Of a stretch of 64,000 bases of DNA, positions 1-8,259 are shown piece after piece (the stretch's first letter is position 1; the number at the start of each line of letters is the position of its first letter). Both the position numbers and the translations under genes were made by a program. The stretch is from Polyangiaceae bacterium (GTDB lineage Bacteria; Myxococcota_A; Polyangia; Polyangiales; Polyangiaceae): NCBI GenBank assembly GCA_965222375.1, contig CBDCTZ010000016.1, forward strand, positions 1,664,001 through 1,728,000, written 5' to 3'. The notes beneath the pieces are model-generated. The model was given only the letters and a program-made list of their open reading frames with translations, was not told the DNA's origin and did no database searches.

Positions 1-1
1 T

Positions 2-247
2 GGCGACTTGATCCGAGCCCGCGAGCAGTTCGAGGAAGCCAAGCGGGTCAATCCGAAGTATCTGCAGGCACGTGTGCTGCTGGGCGTTCTGCTGCTGAGC
101 GCTGGTGAGAACGATACCGCGGCGACCGAGTTCGACGCGGTGCTGAAACAGGACCCTGAAAACAAGAGTGCGCAGACCTACCTGCGCATTGCGGAGCGTC
201 GCAAGAGTGAGGCGCCGCCTGCCAGTGGTGAAGAAGCCGACAAGTGA
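2..247 (+). CDS. TPR-repeat protein, C-terminal part (5' truncated by window edge)
   Basis: TPR-like helices (AREQFEEAKRVNPKYLQARVLLG; EFDAVLKQDPENKSAQTYL); frame is open to the window start. Confidence 0.75.
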   Translation, partial: GDLIRAREQFEEAKRVNPKYLQARVLLGVLLLSAGENDTAATEFDAVLKQDPENKSAQTYLRIAERRKSEAPPASGEEADK

Positions 248-1448
248 AGGGCCCCGCTCAGCTTCGTCTCCGTCGGCCAGCTCTGGCGGCCCTGGCCGCT
301 TCCGTCGACTCTGGCATCAGCTCCGCGGCGGCCTGATATCGCGGCGACGCGCTGCACTGAGCGTAGCCGTCGGGCTCTTCATCGGGTCGCTGCCCCTCTA
401 CGGTCTGCATCTGCCCTTGGTGCTGCTAGTCTGCATCCCGGCGCGGCTGGACGTGGTCACCGCCTACCTTGCGGCCAACGTCAGCAATCCGCTTTTTGCG
501 CCATTTCTGGTGTTCGCGGAGGTTCAGGTGGGGGCCCTGATGCTCACGGGCAAATGGGCCGGTTTTGATCTAGAGCGCGCACGAAACCTGGAGGTTCAAG
601 ACGTACTGGCCTTCTTGGCACTCGGGTCCGTGGTGTGCGGGGCCGCGTTGGCAGCCGTCGGTGGCGTGATCGCCCACCGGATTGCTCCGCGAGGGAAGAA
701 GAGCGCGGAATTGTTGGAGGGAGCAATAACGCGTGCAGCCAGTCGCTATGCCGAAGCGCCCCGTCGAGACCGTGTGTACGTGCAGCTGAAGTTGATGACG
801 GATCCGGCCACGAGTGCCCTGGCGGAACTCGGTGACGCGGGGGTCGTGTTGGACGCGGGCTGTGGGCGAGGGCAGTTCGGGATCTTGCTCGCGGAGCTGG
901 GTGCGGCACAGCGCGTGATCGGCAATGATTGGGATGAGCGACGAATCCAAGTTGCCGGCTATGCGGCCTCAGACGCCGATGACTTCAAAGTGGAGAGCTT
1001 GCTCGAGGCGACCTGGGTCCCCTCGGACACGATTTTGCTTCTGGACGTGCTGCACTACCTATCCCAATCCGACCAAGACGCGGTGCTGCGAGAGGCGACT
1101 CGGGCCCTGAAACCAGGAGGGCGGCTTCTGATTCGCCAACTGGAGACCCGGCGCCCGCTGCAGCGGATCTGGGAGTGGTTCTGCGTCCGCCTCGGGCTGT
1201 ATCGCGCCCGTAGCGTCACACCTCGCAAGCTCGAGCAGGTGGCGCAGCTCTTGGGGGATTTGGACTTGTTGGTCCGAACCCTGGAATCCCCCGCGCTTTG
1301 GGGTAATCGCTTCCTGCTCGCTTGTGCGCCTCAGGCCACGTCCGACGGCGCCACCCCGGACGCGGACTCCGGCGCAACCTCGGTCAGAGGAGTGGACGAA
1401 GCGTCACGCAATTCAGCCACATCAGCGTCGAGCATCTCGCCCAGGTAG
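228..1448 (+). CDS. DUF2062-like membrane domain fused to class I SAM-dependent methyltransferase
   Basis: N-term AALSVAVGLFIGSLPLYGLH...ANVSNP (DUF2062-like); C-term VLDAGCGRG and LLDVLHYL...LKPGGRLLI; start estimated at GTG 225/228. Confidence 0.75.
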   Translation: MKKPTSEGPRSASSPSASSGGPGRFRRLWHQLRGGLISRRRAALSVAVGLFIGSLPLYGLHLPLVLLVCIPARLDVVTAYLAANVSNPLFAPFLVFAEVQVGALMLTGKWAGFDLERARNLEVQDVLAFLALGSVVCGAALAAVGGVIAHRIAPRGKKSAELLEGAITRAASRYAEAPRRDRVYVQLKLMTDPATSALAELGDAGVVLDAGCGRGQFGILLAELGAAQRVIGNDWDERRIQVAGYAASDADDFKVESLLEATWVPSDTILLLDVLHYLSQSDQDAVLREATRALKPGGRLLIRQLETRRPLQRIWEWFCVRLGLYRARSVTPRKLEQVAQLLGDLDLLVRTLESPALWGNRFLLACAPQATSDGATPDADSGATSVRGVDEASRNSATSASSISPR

Positions 1449-2104
1449 CCAAGCGCTGCGGCGGCTAGATCTGGCAGCGGGGCGGGCTGTTTGTCCAGCT
1501 CAGTCAGGCTCGTCACGCCGAACTCCCGGATACCGCAGGGCACGATCAGCCCGAACAAAGATAGGTCTGTGCTCGAATTGAAAGCGAAACCATGCATGGT
1601 CACCCAGCGGGAGATGCGCACGCCGATCGCGCCGAGCTTGGCCAGGCGCTTGGCTTTGGCTTGGCCCTCCCAGCGCCCGGGCGCCGCGGCGTCTACCCAC
1701 AGGCCGATCTGGTCAGCGATCTCGCCGCCGAGCACGCCGTAGTCTGCAGCCATGCGAAGCATGGTTTCGCACAAGTCGCTTACGTAGCGTCGAACGTCGC
1801 GGCGGTCCGGCGAAAGATCGATGATCGGGTAGCACACAAGCTGACCAGGGGCGTGCAGTGTCACATCGCCACCACGTCCGATCGACACGACGTCGACGCC
1901 CATTTTCTTCAATGCGGTTTCAGGCATCAGCACGTTTTCGTCCTGGGCGCCCCGTCCCAGCGTGATCACGGGTTCATGCTCCAAGAGCAACACGCTGTCC
2001 CCGACCTTGCCCTGCTGCCGAGCGGCCTGCAACGCCTGCATCAGTTCATGAACCGCTGCATACGGGCGGCGACCGAGCCAGTATCCCGTCAGGTTGCGGC
2101 GCAC
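1331..2104 (-). CDS. lipB: lipoyl(octanoyl) transferase
   Basis: LLLEHEPVITLGR, RGGDVTLHAPGQLVCYP, KLGAIGVRI, TMHGFAFN, IVPCGI. Confidence 0.95.
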   Translation of the reverse strand: MRRNLTGYWLGRRPYAAVHELMQALQAARQQGKVGDSVLLLEHEPVITLGRGAQDENVLMPETALKKMGVDVVSIGRGGDVTLHAPGQLVCYPIIDLSPDRRDVRRYVSDLCETMLRMAADYGVLGGEIADQIGLWVDAAAPGRWEGQAKAKRLAKLGAIGVRISRWVTMHGFAFNSSTDLSLFGLIVPCGIREFGVTSLTELDKQPAPLPDLAAAALGYLGEMLDADVAELRDASSTPLTEVAPESASGVAPSDVA

Positions 2105-2108
2105 GCTG

Positions 2109-3605
2109 TCACTCCGGAACGTGCTGTCCCTCGTCGCGCAGCTCGTCGCGCAGCGCGTCGATCTTTTCGACGAAGGAGCCCGCTAGGTCAGGGTCGAACT
2201 GGGTGCTTGCACAGCGAGTGATTTCGTTGATAGTGACCTCGTGGGGCAACGCGCGCCGGTACGCGCGGTCGCTGGTCATGGCGTCGTATGTGTCGGCAAC
2301 GGAGATGATTCGCGCGACGATCGGAATGTCTTCTCCGGTCAGGCCTACCGGATATCCGCGACCGTCCCAGCGCTCGTGGTGGAGGTACACCCCGGGAATG
2401 ACGGGTTCCAAGAACTTGATGGGGTCGAGGATTTCCCGTCCGTATACCGGGTGCTTTTTGAAGATCTCGTACTCTTCTTGAGTCAGTTTGCCAGGCTTGT
2501 TCAGGTTCATGACGCAGCCCACTTTGCCGATGTCGTGCATCAGGGCGGCGTGGCGCACGATCTCGATCAGCGCGTCGGGCAAGCCCAGCCAGCGCGCCAG
2601 TGCGACTGCGTAGCGCGAAACGCGCTCCGAGTGACCCGCGGTGTAGCGGTCCATCTTGTCGATGGTCTGTGCGAGGCCCTGAATCGTCTGCTGAAAGGTG
2701 GCTTGGAGATCTTCGTAGAGCCGAGCGTTTTCGATGGCCGCCGCCGCCCGCGACGCAATGATCGTGAGCAGCTTTCGCTGGCCCTCGTCGAATCGTTTGC
2801 TGGGGGTCACCGAGACCACGGCCAGCCATCCGAGCAGGCGCTCCCGCATTCGCATTGGCACGACTGCGAGGCTGCAGAGCTGCCCGCCGGGTATGGTCGC
2901 GAAGAACTCCGCGGCTCGATTGCCGTGCTCTACGATCCAATCTCCGGATGCGAGTCGCTTGCTGAGGAGAGCGGTGTCCAGCTTGCCTGGGGCGATGTCG
3001 CTAATGGTTTCCGATACTTCGGTTCTCCGCTCCGCGTAGCCTCCGCTGCCGTCCTCCAAATAGGTAGAGACGATATCGGCTCGCACATCGGTGAGGGCAC
3101 TGTCGATGAGGGTGTCCCCGACCTCTTCCATCGACAGGCTCGCGGCGATGGCCTCGCTGACTTTGTAGAGGGATAGCGCTTCGCGCAGGCGTAGGTTCTC
3201 GGCGGCCAGGCGCCGCTTCTCGAGGCCGCGCTGGACGATGTGGATGATCTCTTCGACCTTGAACGGTTTGAGGATGTAGTCGTAGGCGCCGCGCTTCATC
3301 GCGTCGATGGCGGTTTCCACCGTACCGAAGCCCGTCATGATCACCGTGACGGTGTCTGGATGGGCCGACGAGACCTCTTGCAACAACTCCAGGCCTCCCA
3401 TCCGGGGCATCTTGAGGTCGCTGATGATGAGATCGTAACGCGCCCGCCCGAGTTCCCCGATCGCGCTTGCGCCGTCCTCCGCGGTCCGGACTACGTAGCC
3501 TTCCATGCCCAGGAAGTCCGCGAGAATGTCGCGAATGAACTTCTCATCGTCGACCACCAAGACTCGGGGGCGGTCGTCCACGGGTGCTTCGTTGGGTGAG
3601 ACCAT
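2109..3605 (-). CDS. response regulator with REC, GAF and HD-GYP (cyclic dinucleotide phosphodiesterase) domains
   Basis: REC VLVVDDE/SDLKMP/KPF; central GAF-like segment; HD-GYP GHSERV, HDIGK, HHERWDGRGYP, ADTYDAMTSDRAYR. Confidence 0.92.
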   Translation of the reverse strand: MVSPNEAPVDDRPRVLVVDDEKFIRDILADFLGMEGYVVRTAEDGASAIGELGRARYDLIISDLKMPRMGGLELLQEVSSAHPDTVTVIMTGFGTVETAIDAMKRGAYDYILKPFKVEEIIHIVQRGLEKRRLAAENLRLREALSLYKVSEAIAASLSMEEVGDTLIDSALTDVRADIVSTYLEDGSGGYAERRTEVSETISDIAPGKLDTALLSKRLASGDWIVEHGNRAAEFFATIPGGQLCSLAVVPMRMRERLLGWLAVVSVTPSKRFDEGQRKLLTIIASRAAAAIENARLYEDLQATFQQTIQGLAQTIDKMDRYTAGHSERVSRYAVALARWLGLPDALIEIVRHAALMHDIGKVGCVMNLNKPGKLTQEEYEIFKKHPVYGREILDPIKFLEPVIPGVYLHHERWDGRGYPVGLTGEDIPIVARIISVADTYDAMTSDRAYRRALPHEVTINEITRCASTQFDPDLAGSFVEKIDALRDELRDEGQHVPE

Positions 3606-3701
3606 ATCGGGGATGGGGCGTCAGACTATCAGAAAGGCTGCTGCCAAAGTCACGTAACGGAAGCGAGTCCGCCACGGGTGTTCAGCGGAAATGGCGATTC
3701 T

Positions 3702-4298
3702 TCAGCTGCGCTGACCGAGCAGTCCGCCAAGCGCGCGGCGTTGCGGCTCGGGATTGTGCGCTTTCAGATACGCCAGATTCAGCCCGTTGATCAGCGCATG
3801 CGCCGCAATGGGGCCCAACAGGGATCCGCTCAACTGGAAGATGCTGCCCAGCGCCAAACCGGTCAGACTTGCCCAGCCGATCCAGATCCAGCGGCTTGGC
3901 CCGCGGATCTGGTGCGCTAGGCCGAACAACAGCGCTTGCGGCAACAACCCGAGCCACGGCGCCAGCAGACCGCGAAAGAGCAGCTCCTCTCCGAGCGCGG
4001 AGAGCAACGCCAGTGCGACGATGCCGACCGTACTCAAACCGCTCGCGAGCGGGCGCAGCTCCGAATGCAGTCGCTGCGCCCACGCAAAGCGCGTCACGAA
4101 CGCGCGGGTCATCACCACGACCAAGGTGCCGACAGCGAGACCCAGTGCGAGGCTATACGAGTGACTCGAGGCCGAGCTCAGAGCTAGCCAAGGCTCCGGG
4201 TGCACCCAGGCCGATCCCGATCTCCAGACCGCGGCGACGGTCGTGGCAGCAACGGCCAAAAATGCGTAGAGCGCTGCGAATCGAGCCCAACGCGTCAC
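3702..4298 (-). CDS. CPBP (CAAX/Abi) family intramembrane metalloprotease
   Basis: EELLFRG, FGLAH and HALIN motifs; hydrophobic throughout. Confidence 0.88.
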   Translation of the reverse strand: MTRWARFAALYAFLAVAATTVAAVWRSGSAWVHPEPWLALSSASSHSYSLALGLAVGTLVVVMTRAFVTRFAWAQRLHSELRPLASGLSTVGIVALALLSALGEELLFRGLLAPWLGLLPQALLFGLAHQIRGPSRWIWIGWASLTGLALGSIFQLSGSLLGPIAAHALINGLNLAYLKAHNPEPQRRALGGLLGQRS

Positions 4299-4401
4299 GC
4301 TCCGACTATGGCACGCGGTGGGAATTTGCGCACCCCATCACCCGCCCCGACGGTCTGGAAGATGCATGACGGCCCGGCCCGTTCCGGGGTATGGTCGCAT
4401 C

Positions 4402-5106
4402 GTGGCTCAGGGCGATCCGCCTGAGGTGCTCGAACGGTTCAACCAAAACCTCGATTTGGTCGAGATCATTGCTCGACAGGTCGGGCGAAGTCTAGGTCGG
4501 ACCATCGAGTTGGATGACCTCATTAGCTATGGCCGGGAAGGACTTCTGGAGTCCGCCAGGCGTTTCGACGGTGATCGCGGGGTGCCCTTCCGTGCCTACG
4601 CGAACTTCCGGGTGCGGGGTGCGGTCATCGACGGTGTTCGGGCCCTGTCCAACCTGCCACGACGCGCCCACGAGCGCTTGGCGGCATACCAAGCCGCTAC
4701 CCGGTTCTCCGAAGGTGCCGCCGAAGACGCCCTGGCTGGGGATCAGGCGCCGAGTCGCGAGGAGGCCGCTCGGCTCTTGGGAGAGCATCTGGCCGGCATG
4801 GCGGCTGCTGCGGCAATTGGCCTGGTTGCGCACACAGCGCGCGGTGAGGAAGGCGAGCACGTAGGAATCGCACGGGACGACAGCCCCGAGGACGCCCTGG
4901 GGCGCGCACAGCTGCTCGAGGTGGTCCGGGAGGCGATTGGGGAGCTTCCGGAGCAGGAGGCCGAACTGGTTCGCCGCCACTACCTGGAAGGGGATCGCTT
5001 CGACCACGTTGCCAAAGAACTCGGGCTCTCCAAGTCCTGGGCAAGCCGCCTCCACACACGCGCAATGGCTCGCCTGGCGAAGCGTTTGAGAGGCGAAGCC
5101 GGCTAG
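4402..5106 (+). CDS. FliA/WhiG-like (sigma28-type) RNA polymerase sigma factor
   Basis: Region 2 DDLISYGREGLLESARRFDGDRGVPFRAYANFRVRGAVID; region 4 VAKELGLSKSWASRLHTRA; start GTG 4402 or ATG 4366. Confidence 0.88.
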   Translation: MAQGDPPEVLERFNQNLDLVEIIARQVGRSLGRTIELDDLISYGREGLLESARRFDGDRGVPFRAYANFRVRGAVIDGVRALSNLPRRAHERLAAYQAATRFSEGAAEDALAGDQAPSREEAARLLGEHLAGMAAAAAIGLVAHTARGEEGEHVGIARDDSPEDALGRAQLLEVVREAIGELPEQEAELVRRHYLEGDRFDHVAKELGLSKSWASRLHTRAMARLAKRLRGEAG

Positions 5107-5151
5107 GTCACTTTCTTAGCAACCCATGCCCGCGCAGGCCGATGGGCTCTC

Positions 5152-5472
5152 ATGTCATTTCCCATTCCTCCACGCTCCGAGGCGGAGTTAGTGAGTCGCA
5201 CGCCTTCGACCACCGGCAAGATTGGCGGCGCCGAGCGAAAAGCGGCGCTGCACCAGCCTTTTCGGGAAGTCCTGGGCCGGCTAGGCCAAGAGGTAGACCG
5301 AGGCGAGCGCTTGGTCGAGCGCGCCATTACAGCTGCACCCAGCTCGGACCCAGGGCAGCTAATCGCTCTGCAGGCTGGTATCTACCGCTACACCGAGGCC
5401 GTCGAGCTCAGCTCCAAGCTCGTTGATCGCACCGGCGCTGCTGTACGCACTGTCTTGCAGAACCAAGGTTGA
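5152..5472 (+). CDS. EscI/YscI/PrgJ (SctI)-like type III secretion inner-rod protein
   Basis: 106 aa; C-term DPGQLIALQAGIYRYTEAVELSSKLVDRTGAAVRTVLQNQ fits the SctI pattern DPxxLxxxQxxxxxYxxxVxLxSKxxxxxxxAVxTLL. Confidence 0.65.
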   Translation: MSFPIPPRSEAELVSRTPSTTGKIGGAERKAALHQPFREVLGRLGQEVDRGERLVERAITAAPSSDPGQLIALQAGIYRYTEAVELSSKLVDRTGAAVRTVLQNQG

Positions 5473-5548
5473 CTGCCTGACACGCCTATTTGGCCGACAG
5501 CCTTGGCGGTTTGTGGGGGGACGGGCTGGGTCGCGCTATTCTTGGCGC

Positions 5549-6652
5549 GTGTCGCAAGAGCGCATTCTCGTAGCCATGAGTGGCGGGGTCGATTCGACCT
5601 TGGCGGCCGCACTACTGCAGGCTACCGGGGCCGAGGTCGTCGGCGTGACGCTCCACCTCTGGGACTACCCAGATGACGGCAGCGTCAAGGGCCGGTGCTG
5701 CGCGCCGGAAGACGTACACGACGCTCGACGGGTGGCCGACCACCTGGGGATTGCGCACTACGCGTTCGACCGCCGCGAGCTGTTCAAGTCCGAGGTGGTC
5801 GACCCCTTCGTGGACGCCTATTTGAGCGGCTCGACCCCGAGCCCGTGTGTTCGCTGCAATCGCGGCGTCAAGGTGCGAGAGCTACTCCATTTGGCCGACA
5901 CGCTGGGGGCGCAGACGGTCGCGACGGGGCACTATGCCCGCGTCGCGGGTTCGGAGCCGCACCTGTTGCGGGGCGTAGATAGGGACAAAGACCAGAGCTA
6001 CTTTCTCCACATGCTCGGCCCCGAGGTTTTGCGCCGTCTACGCTTTCCTCTTGGTGAGCTCACCAAGGCCGAGGTGCGGGCGGAAGCCCAGCGCCTGGGG
6101 CTGCCGGGAGCGAGCAAGGGGGAAAGCCAGGAACTCTGCTTCGTGCCCACCGGGCGCTATGATGCCTTCGTGGACGAACGCGCTGGTGACCGGATTCGCC
6201 CCGGGCCGATCTTGGATGCGACTGGGACCGTAGTGGGTCGACATGATGGTGTGCACCGGTTCACGCCCGGTCAGCGCAAGAACCTGGGTGTCGCGTTGGG
6301 CTACCGCGCCTTCGTAGTGGAAGTTGACGCAAAGGGAGGCGGGGTGCGCTTGGGGACTCGACAAGACGCCCAAATGGATGGTCTCGAACTGAGCGAGGTC
6401 GTCGTACATGGCAACGAATCCCCGCAGTTGCGCTGCCAGGTCGTCACGCGTTACCGCCAAGCTCCGGTGCCGGCGTTGGTAGAGTTCAGGTCCCCCGGGC
6501 AGGCTCGGGTCCACTTGGATCGCAGCCTGGAAGTAGTGGCGCCAGGCCAATACGCCGTGTTGTACGCAGGGGAGCGGGTCTTGGGCGGAGGGCTGGTCGA
6601 GCGTACCTTCTCTAGCCGCGGTCCCTCGTCGGCCGTGGAGGCGACGGCATGA
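5549..6652 (+). CDS. mnmA: tRNA 2-thiouridine(34) synthase
   Basis: VAMSGGVDS, TPSPCVRCN, ATGHYA, DKDQSYFL, ESQELCF, PGQ; GTG start at 5549. Confidence 0.96.
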   Translation: MSQERILVAMSGGVDSTLAAALLQATGAEVVGVTLHLWDYPDDGSVKGRCCAPEDVHDARRVADHLGIAHYAFDRRELFKSEVVDPFVDAYLSGSTPSPCVRCNRGVKVRELLHLADTLGAQTVATGHYARVAGSEPHLLRGVDRDKDQSYFLHMLGPEVLRRLRFPLGELTKAEVRAEAQRLGLPGASKGESQELCFVPTGRYDAFVDERAGDRIRPGPILDATGTVVGRHDGVHRFTPGQRKNLGVALGYRAFVVEVDAKGGGVRLGTRQDAQMDGLELSEVVVHGNESPQLRCQVVTRYRQAPVPALVEFRSPGQARVHLDRSLEVVAPGQYAVLYAGERVLGGGLVERTFSSRGPSSAVEATA

Positions 6653-7281
6653 ACCGGGCGGCGCGAGTGCTCCTGACCGGTGCTCTGGGTTGGGCTGCGT
6701 TGGGGTGTTCCACCAGCGAGGGCGATGGCGAGGTACGCAGCGATCGCCTCTATATCGAGGATTGTTGGAACGGCCCCTTCAATCTGGAGCCAAGCTTCTT
6801 CGGTGCGAATCCGTATCGCAATACGCTGCTGATGCGGATCCAACGCGGTGACAACATCGAAGAGGTGTCCGACGGCCTGATCGTCCTGGTAAACGACGTC
6901 TCGGGAATCCGCTCATCTCGCCTCGGGCAATCGCTCCGGGTTGGCCTGCCGCCGGGCGTTCAGCCCCCCGGCGCCCCGGTGATCTTCGATCCAGACCCGC
7001 CGAGCGTGAGCTTGACACTGTACCTACACGACACTTGTCATGCGCAGAACGGCACGCTCCACTCGATCGACGGCACGATCACCTTCGACGCCCTGTTCAG
7101 TGGGGACCTGAACGAAGACAGCGCGGACGATAGACTTACTGAAGCCCAGTTCGAGGCGAGCTTTGCCGACCCGCGTCACACGCTGTCCGACGGCAGCGTG
7201 GACCCCGAACGGATGAGCACCGTGACGGGCTGGTTCCGTTTCTTCTTCGAGCGCGGCCAACCCGCCCAGCCTTTTCCATGA
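6649..7281 (+). CDS. hypothetical lipoprotein
   Basis: Lipobox AALG-C after a hydrophobic stretch; ATGA overlap with the mnmA stop; C-term FERGQPAQPFP. Confidence 0.75.
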   Translation: MNRAARVLLTGALGWAALGCSTSEGDGEVRSDRLYIEDCWNGPFNLEPSFFGANPYRNTLLMRIQRGDNIEEVSDGLIVLVNDVSGIRSSRLGQSLRVGLPPGVQPPGAPVIFDPDPPSVSLTLYLHDTCHAQNGTLHSIDGTITFDALFSGDLNEDSADDRLTEAQFEASFADPRHTLSDGSVDPERMSTVTGWFRFFFERGQPAQPFP

Positions 7282-7389
7282 AAAGCGGGGGGGAGTTCAC
7301 TCACCTTGTCCCACACCCACCCCCATGCCGGCGGCCACCCGTGGGTTGATTCAAGGGTGTCGGACCGCTACGCTTCCTAAAGGAATTTC

Positions 7390-8259
7390 ATGGCTTTCCG
7401 TAATGCTGGGTTGAAGGCCCTCGCCGCGCTGACCCTTGTAGTGCTGACCTTCGCGGTGCCCGCGGGCGCGACCCCCAAGGCGTTCGGCCAAGCGGACGCG
7501 GCCTGGCATACCGCCGAGTTGGAAAAGGCGATGAAGCTGTACCAAGAGGCGCTGGCCGAAGGCGGCTTGGCACCCAACGAAGTGGTCATCGCCTACTCGC
7601 GCATCGGTACGGTGAAGGCGGCGTTGCGTGACAAGAACGGAGCCCTGAGCGCGTTTCGAGTGGCTGCGTCCATCGATCCCGGCTTCGAGCTACCCGCGGA
7701 CAGCGGTCCCATCGCCAAGAAGCTCTACGCCAAGGCGCAAAAAGAGGCTGGGCAGATGGGCGGCGCAAAGCTGGAGCTGACAATTAGCGCCCCCGACAAG
7801 ATCCCTCCAAGGAAGCCCTTCCAGCTGAAGACCAGCATTCCCGAGGGCTTCGCTGTGTTGGTCGCGGAAGTGAACGTGACCATTGAAGACCCCGTGACCG
7901 GAAAACGCTGGCGGCGCAAGGCGCCCTCCGAGGCGACGGTCACCTTCGATTTCCCCAAGCGCGTCGCAATCCGCGGAGCGCGGCTCAAGGTCAAAGCATC
8001 CGCGGTCGACGGACAGAACAACGCCTGGACCACCGCTGAGACGAAGATCAAGGTGGATGGGGTTCGGGAAATGTCCGCTATCAGCGACGAACCGCTGGGG
8101 GAGAAACCCAAGAAGAAGGAAGAGAAATCCAGCTTTTTTTCCTTGGATGGCCCCCTGCCTTGGATCGTCGGCGGTGCGGTATTGGTTGGTGGGGTCATTC
8201 TGTACGCAGCGACGCGGCCCCCAGACGAGGTGAACGTGGGTTCCCCCACTTGGAACTAG
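7390..8259 (+). CDS. exported TPR-like protein with C-terminal membrane anchor
   Basis: Signal peptide; helical TPR-like region (ALSAFRVAASIDP); TM segment PWIVGGAVLVGGVILYAA; abuts the kinase start. Confidence 0.7.
   Translation: MAFRNAGLKALAALTLVVLTFAVPAGATPKAFGQADAAWHTAELEKAMKLYQEALAEGGLAPNEVVIAYSRIGTVKAALRDKNGALSAFRVAASIDPGFELPADSGPIAKKLYAKAQKEAGQMGGAKLELTISAPDKIPPRKPFQLKTSIPEGFAVLVAEVNVTIEDPVTGKRWRRKAPSEATVTFDFPKRVAIRGARLKVKASAVDGQNNAWTTAETKIKVDGVREMSAISDEPLGEKPKKKEEKSSFFSLDGPLPWIVGGAVLVGGVILYAATRPPDEVNVGSPTWN

Noticed and set aside
3702..4298. Abortive-infection defence gene (Abi name of the CPBP family)
   Set aside because: CPBP/Abi proteases are not established phage-defence genes, and there is no defence-island context
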